DNA of 49,284 nucleotides from a virus: IMG/VR virus record IMGVR_UViG_3300031555_003080, positions 1 to 49,284 of that record; one strand, 5' to 3'. Shown piece by piece: positions 25,045 to 34,827 of this stretch (position 1 is its first letter; each line of letters starts with the position of its first letter). The notes under the pieces were generated by a model. It saw only the letters and a program-made list of their open reading frames with translations, ran no database searches and was not told where the DNA came from. The position numbers and the translations under genes were made by a program.

Positions 25045-26412
25045 ATGATAGAACACAGACATACAGTTGTTTTATATACTACAGCAGTTTGTAATTTGAA
25101 TTGTAGATATTGTTTTATTGATAAAAATCCCGCTTTACAGCAGATTGATAAATATTTAGAAGCAAGTTATTTAGATACTCCTAACTATTATTTAGATTTT
25201 GCGAAAGAGGCTTTTTTGCAGGACCGTTTACAAGCGGTTCAATTCTGGGGTGGTGAACCTTCATTAGGTTTCCATCGAGCTTATGGAACAATTGAAAAGT
25301 TTATTAATTATTTCCCTAATTTAAAAGACTTTATGACATCTACCAATTTTGTATCAGATGTTTTCTTTCAAGAGTTCTTTGGATTAATGAATGTCTTAAA
25401 ACAACATCCAGATAGAGAATTTAAATTTTATTTGCAGCTATCTATTGATGGACCTGAATATATTACTGATAATAGTAGAGGTAAGGGAGTAACTAAAAAC
25501 TTTATTAAGCATTTTAGTAGATTAATAGAAGACGCACAAAATAAAGAAAATTTACCAGATAATGTTTCTTTACTATTATCTTTAAAACCAACTTTAGACA
25601 GTTCATCAATTCAATTATTACAAACAAAAGAAGCTGTAAAAGATTATTTTATCTTTTTTGAACAGTTCCAAAAAGCTTATATTGAAAAAAATCATAGAAA
25701 TAATATTAGGTTTAATTTACCAATTCCAAATACAGCAGTTCCTTCTCAACATACTAAAGAGGACGGACAGCGTTTTGCTAATTATTGTAGATTAACAAGA
25801 GAATTAGAATTAGAAAATAAAACTAATAGAATTTTCTCTTTTTATAAATATATTACAAGCTATGCTCCAAGAAAACCAATTTCTTTGCCTATTACACAAT
25901 TCTCTGGTATTTGTCCAGGCCATTGCGGAAACGGCAGAAATTCTATCGGATTGTTGCCTAATAGAATGGTTTCTTGTTGCCATAATGGTTTCGTTGATTT
26001 AATTTCTGATTATAAGCGTTATATTATGAAAAATGAAAGTGCTCATTTAGACGATGCAACTATTGATAAGCAGTTGTTTAAAAACCAACATAATTCTTTA
26101 ACTTTTAGTTTTGATAGTAAAGAGTTTGAAACCTATCAAAAACAATTAGACACTTTTTATTGTCCTAACGATGCATCAAAAGTTGTTAACATGGTTTCAT
26201 CAATTTTATTCTTAGCCAATACAGATCAAATTGATGAAAAATATAAAGATAAAGACCAAGCTCTTGAGGCAGCTTATTTCCTATTAAGAGCATCTGCTTA
26301 TTGCGTAAGAGACAACTTGACTACTGGAAGTATTTTTATGTATCCTCCAGGATTAATGAAATTGTTATTAAATGGAGCTAAAGAAATTATTGAGGGAGGA
26401 ATTGAGCAGTGA
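25045..26412 (+). CDS. radical SAM / SPASM-domain enzyme (peptide-modifying or anSME-like)
   Basis: CNLNCRYC (Cx3Cx2C) near the N-terminus, a GGEPSL motif, and a C-terminal Cys cluster (CPGHCGNG...SCCHNGF). RBS AAAAAGGAG. Confidence 0.75.
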   Translation: MIEHRHTVVLYTTAVCNLNCRYCFIDKNPALQQIDKYLEASYLDTPNYYLDFAKEAFLQDRLQAVQFWGGEPSLGFHRAYGTIEKFINYFPNLKDFMTSTNFVSDVFFQEFFGLMNVLKQHPDREFKFYLQLSIDGPEYITDNSRGKGVTKNFIKHFSRLIEDAQNKENLPDNVSLLLSLKPTLDSSSIQLLQTKEAVKDYFIFFEQFQKAYIEKNHRNNIRFNLPIPNTAVPSQHTKEDGQRFANYCRLTRELELENKTNRIFSFYKYITSYAPRKPISLPITQFSGICPGHCGNGRNSIGLLPNRMVSCCHNGFVDLISDYKRYIMKNESAHLDDATIDKQLFKNQHNSLTFSFDSKEFETYQKQLDTFYCPNDASKVVNMVSSILFLANTDQIDEKYKDKDQALEAAYFLLRASAYCVRDNLTTGSIFMYPPGLMKLLLNGAKEIIEGGIEQ

Positions 26413-27824
26413 TGACATATCAGCAAGAAATTGATAGAGCATTTGAAAAAATTTATAATAAAACTTATAAAGCAGCCTTTCAGAAAAAGCCAGAAGAAAA
26501 AAGTGAACTGGAAAAAAGATTAATTCTTGAAATTTATGTTACAACAGATTGCAATCAAACTTGCTCTTATTGTTATCTTTGTAAGCATGGTAATGAATTA
26601 TATCCTCCAGAGTTTAGAAAAAAAGATTTAATTCTTAAAAATTTCCGTATTTTTATGGACTATTTAATGGAAAATAAAATGTTCTATCCTGAACGTTTTG
26701 ATTTTTTCAGTGGAGAAATTTGGGGAACTGATTTTGGCAATCAGCTTTTAGATATTACTTTAGAATATATTGACAAAGGCTTTTCTCCTTCAAAGATTAT
26801 CATTCCATCAAACTTTTCTTTCATATTAAAAGAAGATACTTTTAATAAGGTGGATAATTATGTTCAACAATATGCCGAAAGAGGAGTAACTTTAGCCTTC
26901 TCCTGCTCTAATGATGGTCTTTATAATGATGTTATGACAAGACCTTTGAATAATGAAGAAGAAGATAAAGAATTGAAAAAAGGTACTCCCGCCTATTATG
27001 AAAAATTATTTAAATATTGTAAGCGCAGAGGTTTTGGATTCCATCCAATGGTTTCTGCTTATGGTATTAAATATTGGAAAGAAAACTTTAAATGGTGGCA
27101 AGAGCAGTTAAGAAAATATGATATTGACCCTATGGCTCATATCATGTTCCTTGAAGTTAGAAATGATGACTGGACTGAGGAAGCTATTAAAGATTACCTC
27201 GAATATTTAAATTTCCAAATTGATTATTTTTGGAAAAATTATTTTAAAAGTCCAGATGTTTCAACAAATGATTTATATAAAGACTGGATTCATGGTCGTA
27301 GTGAATTAAATAAACCCGGCAATTATCAGCCTGCGACCATTCCAAGAGATAGATTTAATCCTGGATGCACTATTTCAAGAGCCTTGGTTGTTAGACTTGG
27401 AGATTTTGCAATCGTTCCTTGTCATAGAACCTCTTATGATGAATTCATTTTCGGCAATTATGTTCTTAATGAAGATAAAACTAAAATTGAATCTCTTCAA
27501 GCTAAGAATACAACTCTTATGAATCAAATTTGGTTAAACAATTTTACCGGTGTTTCTAAGTGTAATTGTTGTCCTTATAATTCTTATTGCTTAAAGGGTT
27601 GTTATGGCTCTCAGTTTGAATCCACAGGAGATATTCTTTATCCTTGTGAAACTGTTTGTGAATTATATAAAGCTAGAATTATGCTTCTTTACGCTAAATA
27701 TACAGCGAAAAATTTATTAGATGTTGATGGCGAAGATGCACATTTTAAAGCTTTAATTGATAGTGTAAAAGAAACGGAGGAATATAAAAAATGGATGCCT
27801 ATAATTCAATCAATAATTTCTTAA
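26409..27824 (+). CDS. radical SAM / SPASM-domain enzyme (second, divergent paralog)
   Basis: CNQTCSYC (Cx3Cx2C) and a C-terminal SPASM-like cluster (GCTISRA...VPCHR...KCNCCPYNSYCLKGCYG...YPCETVC). The start overlaps the previous stop (TGATG). Confidence 0.75.
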   Translation: MMTYQQEIDRAFEKIYNKTYKAAFQKKPEEKSELEKRLILEIYVTTDCNQTCSYCYLCKHGNELYPPEFRKKDLILKNFRIFMDYLMENKMFYPERFDFFSGEIWGTDFGNQLLDITLEYIDKGFSPSKIIIPSNFSFILKEDTFNKVDNYVQQYAERGVTLAFSCSNDGLYNDVMTRPLNNEEEDKELKKGTPAYYEKLFKYCKRRGFGFHPMVSAYGIKYWKENFKWWQEQLRKYDIDPMAHIMFLEVRNDDWTEEAIKDYLEYLNFQIDYFWKNYFKSPDVSTNDLYKDWIHGRSELNKPGNYQPATIPRDRFNPGCTISRALVVRLGDFAIVPCHRTSYDEFIFGNYVLNEDKTKIESLQAKNTTLMNQIWLNNFTGVSKCNCCPYNSYCLKGCYGSQFESTGDILYPCETVCELYKARIMLLYAKYTAKNLLDVDGEDAHFKALIDSVKETEEYKKWMPIIQSIIS

Positions 27825-28303
27825 TTTCTTTGTTCCAGAATGTTTCTACTTTTGGAATTACAGAAGAAAATAAAAATCAAATTGAACAATTTTTTGTTAC
27901 AATTTTAGACACTCCTGATACTAATGCTTTTAAGAATCCTTTATTATTTCAATTAATTCTTTTATTAAAACGTGAAAAGAATTCAAATAAAGTCATTGAC
28001 TTATTAATCGAAGAAATTGAAGTAAAAGCAGTAAGAGTTCTTTTTACTTCTAAAAATTTATTGCAAGAGTCTAACACTCCTTGCTGTGAAGCTCCAAAAA
28101 CTCAATCTCAAACTCTTCCTCCTCCAGAAGGAGCGTCAGGAAAGAGATGGATTGCTAGACCATCTTCTGGAAAAATAACTTTACAGAAATCTGATCAAGA
28201 TAAAAAAATTTATGATGGTATAAGTAATGGATTGCTTTCTCGAATTTATTGGGAGAATAGTGAGAAGGAGGAATCTTGTGATGAATGTCAAGGATGCGAA
28301 TAA
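27791..28303 (+). CDS. hypothetical protein (170 aa) in the rSAM cluster; C-terminal CDECQGCE
   Basis: RBS GGAGG 10 nt upstream. It overlaps both neighbouring genes. No known motif (could be a recognition or accessory protein). Confidence 0.5.
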   Translation: MDAYNSINNFLISLFQNVSTFGITEENKNQIEQFFVTILDTPDTNAFKNPLLFQLILLLKREKNSNKVIDLLIEEIEVKAVRVLFTSKNLLQESNTPCCEAPKTQSQTLPPPEGASGKRWIARPSSGKITLQKSDQDKKIYDGISNGLLSRIYWENSEKEESCDECQGCE

Positions 28304-29222
28304 AGGAAAGAAAAAGATTAGAAGAACTCAAATTACTAAAAGAAAAAATGATAGCGATTATTTCGGTTTATTTTTAATGGATGAGACTTCCAGGCATTCG
28401 CCTGGAGTCTTATACTATTATTGGTATCAGAAGTTTATCCAAGATTTAATTTATTATGATTTAGCCTATTGCAAATGGATGGATTTCCATGATGAAATTA
28501 TTCCTTTGGTTGAAAAAAACCAAAATAGAATGATTTTCCCAGAAGATAATTTAAAAGAGCGCTTTGCTTTATTTGAAGGAAATCCATTTTTAATGGAACA
28601 TAAAAATGCTCCATTAAATCTTGCAAAAGATATTGTTGAAAATGGAATGTATGTTCCTTTTTTATTCGGAGAAGTTGGTGGAGAAATTATTATGAAAAAT
28701 GGTTCTCACCGCCTAAATTCTTTAGCAAATTATTCTCGTACAGTAGCTCCAATTCATAAAAAATATCCTTGCATTATTTTCAAAGATAAGAAAATTTTTG
28801 AAAAGTTTTATATTCTACCTTGGATGTATAGTGGATTTGCTTTTTATATTCCAGTTAATAATGGAGTTCATTTAACTCAACTGTTTGATTTAAATGGAGG
28901 AGAAGTTTCAAAGTATGTCTTTATGTATAATAAAGCTATTAAGAATTTGCCTTTTTTGGCAAATTTAAAAGAAATTACTCCAGCTGAAGCATTTAATAAC
29001 GAGGAAAAATGGGAAGAATTTATTAAGAAGCCTTTAGACAATGATGATTTTAATGAAATCATTAAAGACTATGCTTTAGGAAATACAGACTCTTTAGTGG
29101 CGTTTCAAGATATTGATAAATACGCTCCAACAATATCAAGAACCTTTGATGAAGATTTTAGAAAAATAATGAGTGCAAAACCTGTTTTGCATGAAAACAA
29201 AAAATGGGAACAGACTGAATAA
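28280..29222 (+). CDS. ParB/Srx-like domain protein (paralog 2, about 314 aa)
   Basis: ATG at 28280 is preferred on the basis of RBS AAGGAGG (the six-frame track starts at 28227). Motif LAKDIVENGMYVPFLFGEVGGEIIMKNGSHRLNSL. Confidence 0.55.
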
Positions 29223-29245
29223 GTCTGTTCCCATTTTTTGTTTTA
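29204..29245. terminator. bidirectional rho-independent terminator at the junction with the minus-strand module
   Basis: ATGGGAACAGAC tgaataa GTCTGTTCCCAT followed by TTTTTTGTTTT. Convergent genes end on both sides. Confidence 0.8.
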
Positions 29246-29752
29246 TCCCCAATTAAATTCTGACTCTTGTTTTTTAATAACATGAGCGCCAATACAAGTA
29301 GCATCAGCTTCATCTTCTGTGCATTTAATTCCATAAGTGTTAAATACATACTCTTGAGCCATTTTCTTTTCTTTTGCACGGCCTTTTCCGGCAATCTTAA
29401 AAGTAGCTTTCCATACTACTGGAGGAACAATAGTATAATCCATTTGAAGCTCATTTAAAAGTTCATGAACAACTCCAAAAACTTCTGCAAGAATTTTAAA
29501 GGTTTTGAGTCCGACCTCTCTACTTCCATTCATTTCTTGTAATTGAATATCTTCAAAAACTACTTCATCAATATCATATTTGTTAATTAACTCAATGATA
29601 TTATTTCTAATTTGCTCTAATCTCTTTCCTAAGTCATCTCCAAGAGCGGTAAAATGACTAATAACTACTGGCTGCCCGTCTTTAAAAACAGAGTAGCCAG
29701 TAGTATATGATGATTGGTCTAAAGCTAATAAATTAGACACTTGTTGATCCAA
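29243..29752 (-). CDS. RuvC-like Holliday junction resolvase
   Basis: 169 aa. N-terminal LALDQSSYTTGYSVF (catalytic Asp in a RuvC-like fold), plus a downstream ..VVFEDIQ.. acidic motif. Typical phage RuvC/A22-like size. Confidence 0.65.
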   Translation of the reverse strand: MDQQVSNLLALDQSSYTTGYSVFKDGQPVVISHFTALGDDLGKRLEQIRNNIIELINKYDIDEVVFEDIQLQEMNGSREVGLKTFKILAEVFGVVHELLNELQMDYTIVPPVVWKATFKIAGKGRAKEKKMAQEYVFNTYGIKCTEDEADATCIGAHVIKKQESEFNWG

Positions 29753-30290
29753 ATCCGCCTACTCTTTGACCAGATGCATTGTCATCTTCTGTGGTCAAAT
29801 AAGGCTTGACAATTCCCTGTCCAATAATATCTCCTTTGTGCAATTCAATATCAAAAGGACTAAGGTTAATAATCTGAAAGAAAATTTCACCCTCATTGTC
29901 TGGATTGTTATAGTAATCAGCATCAATAATGCCAACACCGTTACCAAGAATTAACCAGTACTTTAAAGGACAAGAACTTCTTACAGAAAGTTCAAGATAA
30001 GTGTCTGGGTCGAGCTGACACTTCATGCCAGTAGAGACTAGAGTTGGTTTTGCTTTTAAAGACTTTGTAATTCTTGCTACTTCATCTAAGCCAAAAGTTC
30101 CTTTAGAAATAACCTTGCCGTCATCTGTAATAGGACATTCATTCATCATAGAATAAAGCTTAAAAAATGAAGGAATTACAATATCTTCTGCAACTTCCAT
30201 ATCATAACCTGCCGATTTGGCAGTTTTACGCTGAGGTAGATTAATATCTACTTCGGCAAACTTACTTACTTTTTCAAATCGTGCCATCAT
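29733..30290 (-). CDS. dut: dUTP diphosphatase (dUTPase)
   Basis: Motifs AKSAGYD, VRSS, GIIDADYYN, GDIIGQGIV and RVGGFGSTS are dUTPase motifs 1 to 5. The start is ATGA-coupled to the upstream gene. Confidence 0.8.
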   Translation of the reverse strand: MMARFEKVSKFAEVDINLPQRKTAKSAGYDMEVAEDIVIPSFFKLYSMMNECPITDDGKVISKGTFGLDEVARITKSLKAKPTLVSTGMKCQLDPDTYLELSVRSSCPLKYWLILGNGVGIIDADYYNNPDNEGEIFFQIINLSPFDIELHKGDIIGQGIVKPYLTTEDDNASGQRVGGFGSTSV

Positions 30291-30529
30291 TCCACCTCGT
30301 AAATCACATTAACAACTTCGGCAGGTTCCTTTTCGTCATTAAAGGTCTTCACCAAAGTGACATGATACCATTCATCAATTACTTCACCCTTGGACTTGCG
30401 CTCTTTCTTAACAGAACTATACTTACTAAGGGTGAAAGAACTGTCCTGCTTTGCCTCATTAATAAGAGCAGCACCTTCGGCTTCAGTGTCAACTCTATAA
30501 ACTTCAGTAGTATTAATCAAATATCTCAT
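30287..30529 (-). CDS. hypothetical protein (80 aa)
   Basis: ORF coupled to the dut start. Confidence 0.5.
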   Translation of the reverse strand: MRYLINTTEVYRVDTEAEGAALINEAKQDSSFTLSKYSSVKKERKSKGEVIDEWYHVTLVKTFNDEKEPAEVVNVIYEVE

Positions 30530-30530
30530 T

Positions 30531-30802
30531 TTACATTACCTCAACTTTAATTTTTCTCTCACTATATTTTGTCATTTCTGCGGTTTCAATTCCGTATTCA
30601 ATAAGTTGTGAATACTTTGTGCCGCCTGCGATTTTTACATCATAAATATTTTTTTCATGCGCCAAGTCAATGATTACTTCTGGAAGGCTTTCAATTGGAT
30701 AAGCGCCAACTTGAGTCATATCTTGACCTGGAGCGACAATAAATACTTGATTATCACGGGCAAACATATTTACATTTACAATAATATACATATTATCCAT
30801 AA
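30531..30802 (-). CDS. hypothetical protein (about 90 aa)
   Basis: Start moved to the internal ATG (MDNMYIIV) preceded by GGGGG. The track ORF start at 30881 would overlap the upstream gene by 89 nt. Confidence 0.45.
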
Positions 30803-31317
30803 TAAACAACCCCCGCGTCATAAGGGAATAGATAGAAAGCATAAGGGCTTTCTTCTGGAATTGGCTTAATCCAAATCTCAATTACATTATCATCATTAAG
30901 TTCGATACTATAAATATCACCAAGCTCAGTAATAATACTGCAAACAGTTTCAGCAAAATCATGACTCATAATGCCGCCTTGAACAAAGATTGTATAATAA
31001 TTAAAATCTCTGCATAATAACATATGATGATTATTGTCTGACTGCATATAATAAGTTTTAATTAAACCAAGTTTTTCATTAATTTCTTCAATAGTCATTG
31101 GCTCTAATTGAGCAATAATGCCTTTATTTAACTCATAAAGATTTAAGTCAATTCCTTTATTATTCATTTGGAATGTAACCCAACCTTGCTCCTCATCATA
31201 AACCCAAAGTTCTTTAGTGTCAATGCAATAAGCAACTTCGCCGTGTTCATGATTTTGTAGAGCATCTAAATGAGCTTTATTTTGAACAGTAATATATTGT
31301 GCCAATATACTTTTCAC
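30793..31317 (-). CDS. hypothetical protein (174 aa)
   Basis: ORF in an operon context. No motif recognised. Confidence 0.55.
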   Translation of the reverse strand: MKSILAQYITVQNKAHLDALQNHEHGEVAYCIDTKELWVYDEEQGWVTFQMNNKGIDLNLYELNKGIIAQLEPMTIEEINEKLGLIKTYYMQSDNNHHMLLCRDFNYYTIFVQGGIMSHDFAETVCSIITELGDIYSIELNDDNVIEIWIKPIPEESPYAFYLFPYDAGVVYYG

Positions 31318-31347
31318 CCCTTTACTTATTATATAATAACATATTTT

Positions 31348-31833
31348 TTAGTCTTTGTCAATTTCACGCAGATTAATAATACGCTGATTGGAACTGCCAC
31401 GCATTTCAAGAGTAATATCTCTTAAATCTTCGATATAAGGACCGTCGATTAAATAGTCAGTCATATCAAGAATTTGTTGCATATGGCCGCCTCTTTTAAC
31501 AAGTTCCTCATAAAGATATCCAGTCCAAATATAAATAGGGGTTTCTGGTAATCTTTCTTTAATGGTTCTAATTACCAGTAAAGTTAAAAATTCATTTTCA
31601 GAGCACAAAGGCTCTCCGCCCATAATACATAAACTTCTTTTGATGCCGTTTGCAGACAAGCCATCAATAAGGTCGTTTAAAATATCGGGTGTAAATTCTC
31701 TACCACCTTCAAAGTCCCAGGTATTAGGATTGTGACAGCCATGGCAGTGATGAGGGCATCCTTGAGTGAAAAATGTCACACACAAACCAGGTGCCGCAGT
31801 AATGTCATTATAAATAACACCAGAATATCTCAC
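31348..31833 (-). CDS. nrdG: anaerobic ribonucleotide reductase activating protein (radical SAM)
   Basis: 161 aa with CPHHCHGCHNP (Cx3Cx2C) near the N-terminus and an IMGGEPL motif. Sits immediately downstream of nrdD. Confidence 0.85.
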   Translation of the reverse strand: MRYSGVIYNDITAAPGLCVTFFTQGCPHHCHGCHNPNTWDFEGGREFTPDILNDLIDGLSANGIKRSLCIMGGEPLCSENEFLTLLVIRTIKERLPETPIYIWTGYLYEELVKRGGHMQQILDMTDYLIDGPYIEDLRDITLEMRGSSNQRIINLREIDKD

Positions 31834-31864
31834 GTTGAGAATCCTCCTTTCTTCTGGATCAATA

Positions 31865-31940
31865 GCCCAGCTCAGCTGTAGTTAATTGTAGTTAATTAAA
31901 AATTAATCGCATGACCACAAACTCAAGCTGGGCTTTTTCC
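31865..31940. other. long-stem hairpin with an internal direct repeat between nrdD and nrdG
   Basis: AGCCCAGCT ... AGCTGGGCT, 9 bp, enclosing tgtagttaat x2, followed by TTTTT on the + strand. It is not tRNA-like (no T-arm). Confidence 0.4.
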
Positions 31941-31947
31941 TTTTGAA

Positions 31948-34179
31948 TTAGGTATAAAGTGAATGTTTTACTCTATGTTCAACTTCTGATTGTTTACCCT
32001 TGTTAAAGTTACGATAGTCGGTAGTTAAATAGCCAGTAACACGACGTAACTGCTGAATGTTTTCACTACCACATTCTGGACAATGATCATTGAATTCTCC
32101 CTGGAATCCGCAATCCAAACAAGAGTCAATTGGGAAGTTGAATGCAAGATAAGGAATATCTAATTCCTTAAATGCATAGTCAATAATCTGTTCAATAGCC
32201 TTCTTATTCTTTACGAAAGTGCTATCAAGTTCAACATAAGTAATACAGCCGCCAGTAGGATATTTGCAGAAAGGGGCTTCTACCTTTAACTTATCAAAAA
32301 TACCAATCTCCTGCCATACAGGAACATGGTGGCTGTTAGTAATAAATTCTTTATCAGTAACATTCTCAATAATACCATACTGAGCACGCAGAGCCTTAGC
32401 AGCAGTGTGACAAAGGCCTTCGGCAGGGGTAGCATAACAAGAGAAGTTCAAACCATTTCTCTTAGTAGCTTCCTTTGCATACTCATTAATTCTTTGAACA
32501 ATCTTCAAAGCAAATTGATGAACTTCGGCATCTTCAGCATGGTTTTTACCAAATAGAGCAGTCATTGTTTCGGCAATGCCGAGATATCCCATAGCAAGAG
32601 TGCCATGACGAAGAGCATTATAAACAGATTCACGGCAAGTTTGAGCGTCCTTCATTGTACCATTCTGATACATAAAAGGAGCAGCTGTAGCAGCTTGATT
32701 TACCATGATATCAAAGCGCTCAAGCAAACCTCTTTCACAAAGAACAAGTAAATCTTCAAATGCTTTCCAGAAGCCATCAAGATCAGGCTCTGTGCGCTTG
32801 CCGAGGCAGATACCGTATTCAATACCAAGTTTTGGTAAAATCATAGTATTAGGAACGAGATTGCCACGACCAACTCTATTGTAAGGAGTTTCAGGATTGT
32901 GAATATCCATACCAAGCATAGTTCTACAACCCATAGTTGCAAAATAAGTATCTGGGTTAGAAGGATCTTCATGAGCCTGAGAATAATCGCAGTTTACAAA
33001 GTTAGGATAAATACGCTTACTCAAAGATTCAATAGCATGTTGCTTCAAATCATAACCCGGAGTACTTGGCTCGGCATTTACTCCACTCTTATATTGGAAA
33101 ATACTGATTGGGAAAATAGGAGTTAAGTGATGTTTACCTACACCTGCGAGAGACGCATTTAACATCCACTTTTGGACCAATTTACCCTCAGTAGAAGTAT
33201 CTCTACCAAAGTTGATAGAAGTGAAAGGAACCTGGCTACCAGCTCTAGACTCAAGAGTATTAAGGTTATGATAAAGAGCTTCAGAAGACTGCTTACCTTC
33301 TCTCTCAAGCTGCTTCATTGCATAATTATATGCATCTGGATAACCATACTGGCTTTGCATTTCAAGATTATCAATGCAAATTTCTCCATTATCTTCCTCA
33401 AAAGCTGCCATAATTTCACGAGCCTTTTCTTCACTATAATACTGAACGTCAGTAAAGTAATGTTCAACGTGTTTGCGGAAACTCTTCTTTACAAAAGGTG
33501 CAAGGTCATAATCCAAGTGAACAGTTCCAACTCCGCCAAACTGAACTTGTGACTGGCACTGAAAAATTACTGCATACTGTTGGCATGCGGTAGAATAAGT
33601 TGCAGGTGGACGAATGTCACCATTACGAGTTACAAAACCATCAGTAAACAATTTCTTAAAGTCAACGAACAAACAATTATGTTCGCCAATATTAGTTTTT
33701 TCAAGGTCATGCTGATAAAGAAGCATATTCTTATGAGCATTTCCCACTTCTGGGCTTAAAGTATAATCAAGAGCGATAATCTTCTGAATATCAGAACTTG
33801 CTTCTTTTTCTCTACCAGAAAAACTATTTTCATCAACATTTGCATTTGCATTTTCAACAGCAACTGCCTCATTACGACGCATTACTGCTTTAACGAGCTT
33901 GGAACGACGATCTCTTTCTCTAGTACGCTCGTTACGATATAAGATATAAGCTTTCGCTACATCAGGGCGAGAGCTCTTCATTAATTCTTCTTCAACACGG
34001 TCTTGGATGTGCTCAACAGTCATATCCTTGCCTTCAGATGCGATGATATCCGCAATCTCTTCTGCGGTTTCGGTCTCATAGAGGCTTCCATCAACATGAA
34101 TCATTGCTTTATTAATAGCATTTACAATCTTGTTAATATCGAATAAAACTCTTGTGCCGTCTCTCTTAATTACATACAT
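31948..34179 (-). CDS. nrdD: anaerobic ribonucleoside-triphosphate reductase (class III RNR)
   Basis: About 743 aa. ATG at 34179 (MYVIKRDG.., ATP-cone start) is preceded by GGAGG. The C-terminus carries the glycyl-radical motif RVTGYLTTDYRNFNKGKQSEVEHRV and a Cys4 Zn site (CLDCG...CPECG). Confidence 0.9.
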   Translation of the reverse strand: MYVIKRDGTRVLFDINKIVNAINKAMIHVDGSLYETETAEEIADIIASEGKDMTVEHIQDRVEEELMKSSRPDVAKAYILYRNERTRERDRRSKLVKAVMRRNEAVAVENANANVDENSFSGREKEASSDIQKIIALDYTLSPEVGNAHKNMLLYQHDLEKTNIGEHNCLFVDFKKLFTDGFVTRNGDIRPPATYSTACQQYAVIFQCQSQVQFGGVGTVHLDYDLAPFVKKSFRKHVEHYFTDVQYYSEEKAREIMAAFEEDNGEICIDNLEMQSQYGYPDAYNYAMKQLEREGKQSSEALYHNLNTLESRAGSQVPFTSINFGRDTSTEGKLVQKWMLNASLAGVGKHHLTPIFPISIFQYKSGVNAEPSTPGYDLKQHAIESLSKRIYPNFVNCDYSQAHEDPSNPDTYFATMGCRTMLGMDIHNPETPYNRVGRGNLVPNTMILPKLGIEYGICLGKRTEPDLDGFWKAFEDLLVLCERGLLERFDIMVNQAATAAPFMYQNGTMKDAQTCRESVYNALRHGTLAMGYLGIAETMTALFGKNHAEDAEVHQFALKIVQRINEYAKEATKRNGLNFSCYATPAEGLCHTAAKALRAQYGIIENVTDKEFITNSHHVPVWQEIGIFDKLKVEAPFCKYPTGGCITYVELDSTFVKNKKAIEQIIDYAFKELDIPYLAFNFPIDSCLDCGFQGEFNDHCPECGSENIQQLRRVTGYLTTDYRNFNKGKQSEVEHRVKHSLYT

Positions 34180-34269
34180 AATATAAAACCTCCATCTAAA
34201 TATTGTGTTTTTTTCGTGGGTATACACTATATTTAGGATTTTAGCCTAATTGATTAATCAATTTTGCCC

Positions 34270-34827
34270 TCAGTCGCTCGTGAGCCCGAGCTGGGACAGA
34301 ATCGCATATGAGGCCAGCTCCAAATCTTCCTCGTCTTCATTTTCAATTTCAGTATACATAAATTCCAAATCAAAGAAGTCTTCTTCGTCGGCTTTATATC
34401 TACGAACAATTTCTTTTACATTAGGATATTCTTCTCTGTTTAGCTGACGCAGAAGACGAGTTTTATCAGAACAAATAATTCTAAAAACAGTTACATCCAA
34501 GTCTGGCATTCCAGACATAGCACGTATACCATCAGGATTAAAGACTCCGATATTGGGGCAATCTGAGCGTAAAGCGTCATAGCTCGTACCATAAAACCAG
34601 TCATTAAAACTTGTCGCCTCCAACATTTCTCCGTTTAATACCTTGCCGGCAAATTCCTCTGGAGTTAAATAAAAATAATTAACTCCTTCAACTTCGCCTT
34701 CTCTCATAGGACGGGTGGTGCAACTAATAATTTCATTAAAAGCTAACGGTTGCTTTTTCAGAATATTTTGCATAATAGAATCTTTGCCGGAGCCCGCCTC
34801 TCCGATCAGAGCAATGATTTTAAACAT
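34270..34827 (-). CDS. guanylate kinase-like / deoxynucleoside monophosphate kinase
   Basis: P-loop LIGEAGSGKDS and TTRPMREGEVEGVNYFYLTPEEF (Gmk signature). ATG at 34827 (MFKII) has GGAGGA 9 nt upstream. Confidence 0.7.
   Translation of the reverse strand: MFKIIALIGEAGSGKDSIMQNILKKQPLAFNEIISCTTRPMREGEVEGVNYFYLTPEEFAGKVLNGEMLEATSFNDWFYGTSYDALRSDCPNIGVFNPDGIRAMSGMPDLDVTVFRIICSDKTRLLRQLNREEYPNVKEIVRRYKADEEDFFDLEFMYTEIENEDEEDLELASYAILSQLGLTSD

Noticed and set aside
31865-31933. Possible tRNA: a 7-bp acceptor-like stem GCCCAGC/GCTGGGC spanning 69 nt.
   Set aside because: No D-arm or T-arm (GTTCRANYC) can be formed. The interior is AT-rich with a direct repeat. It was treated as a hairpin only.
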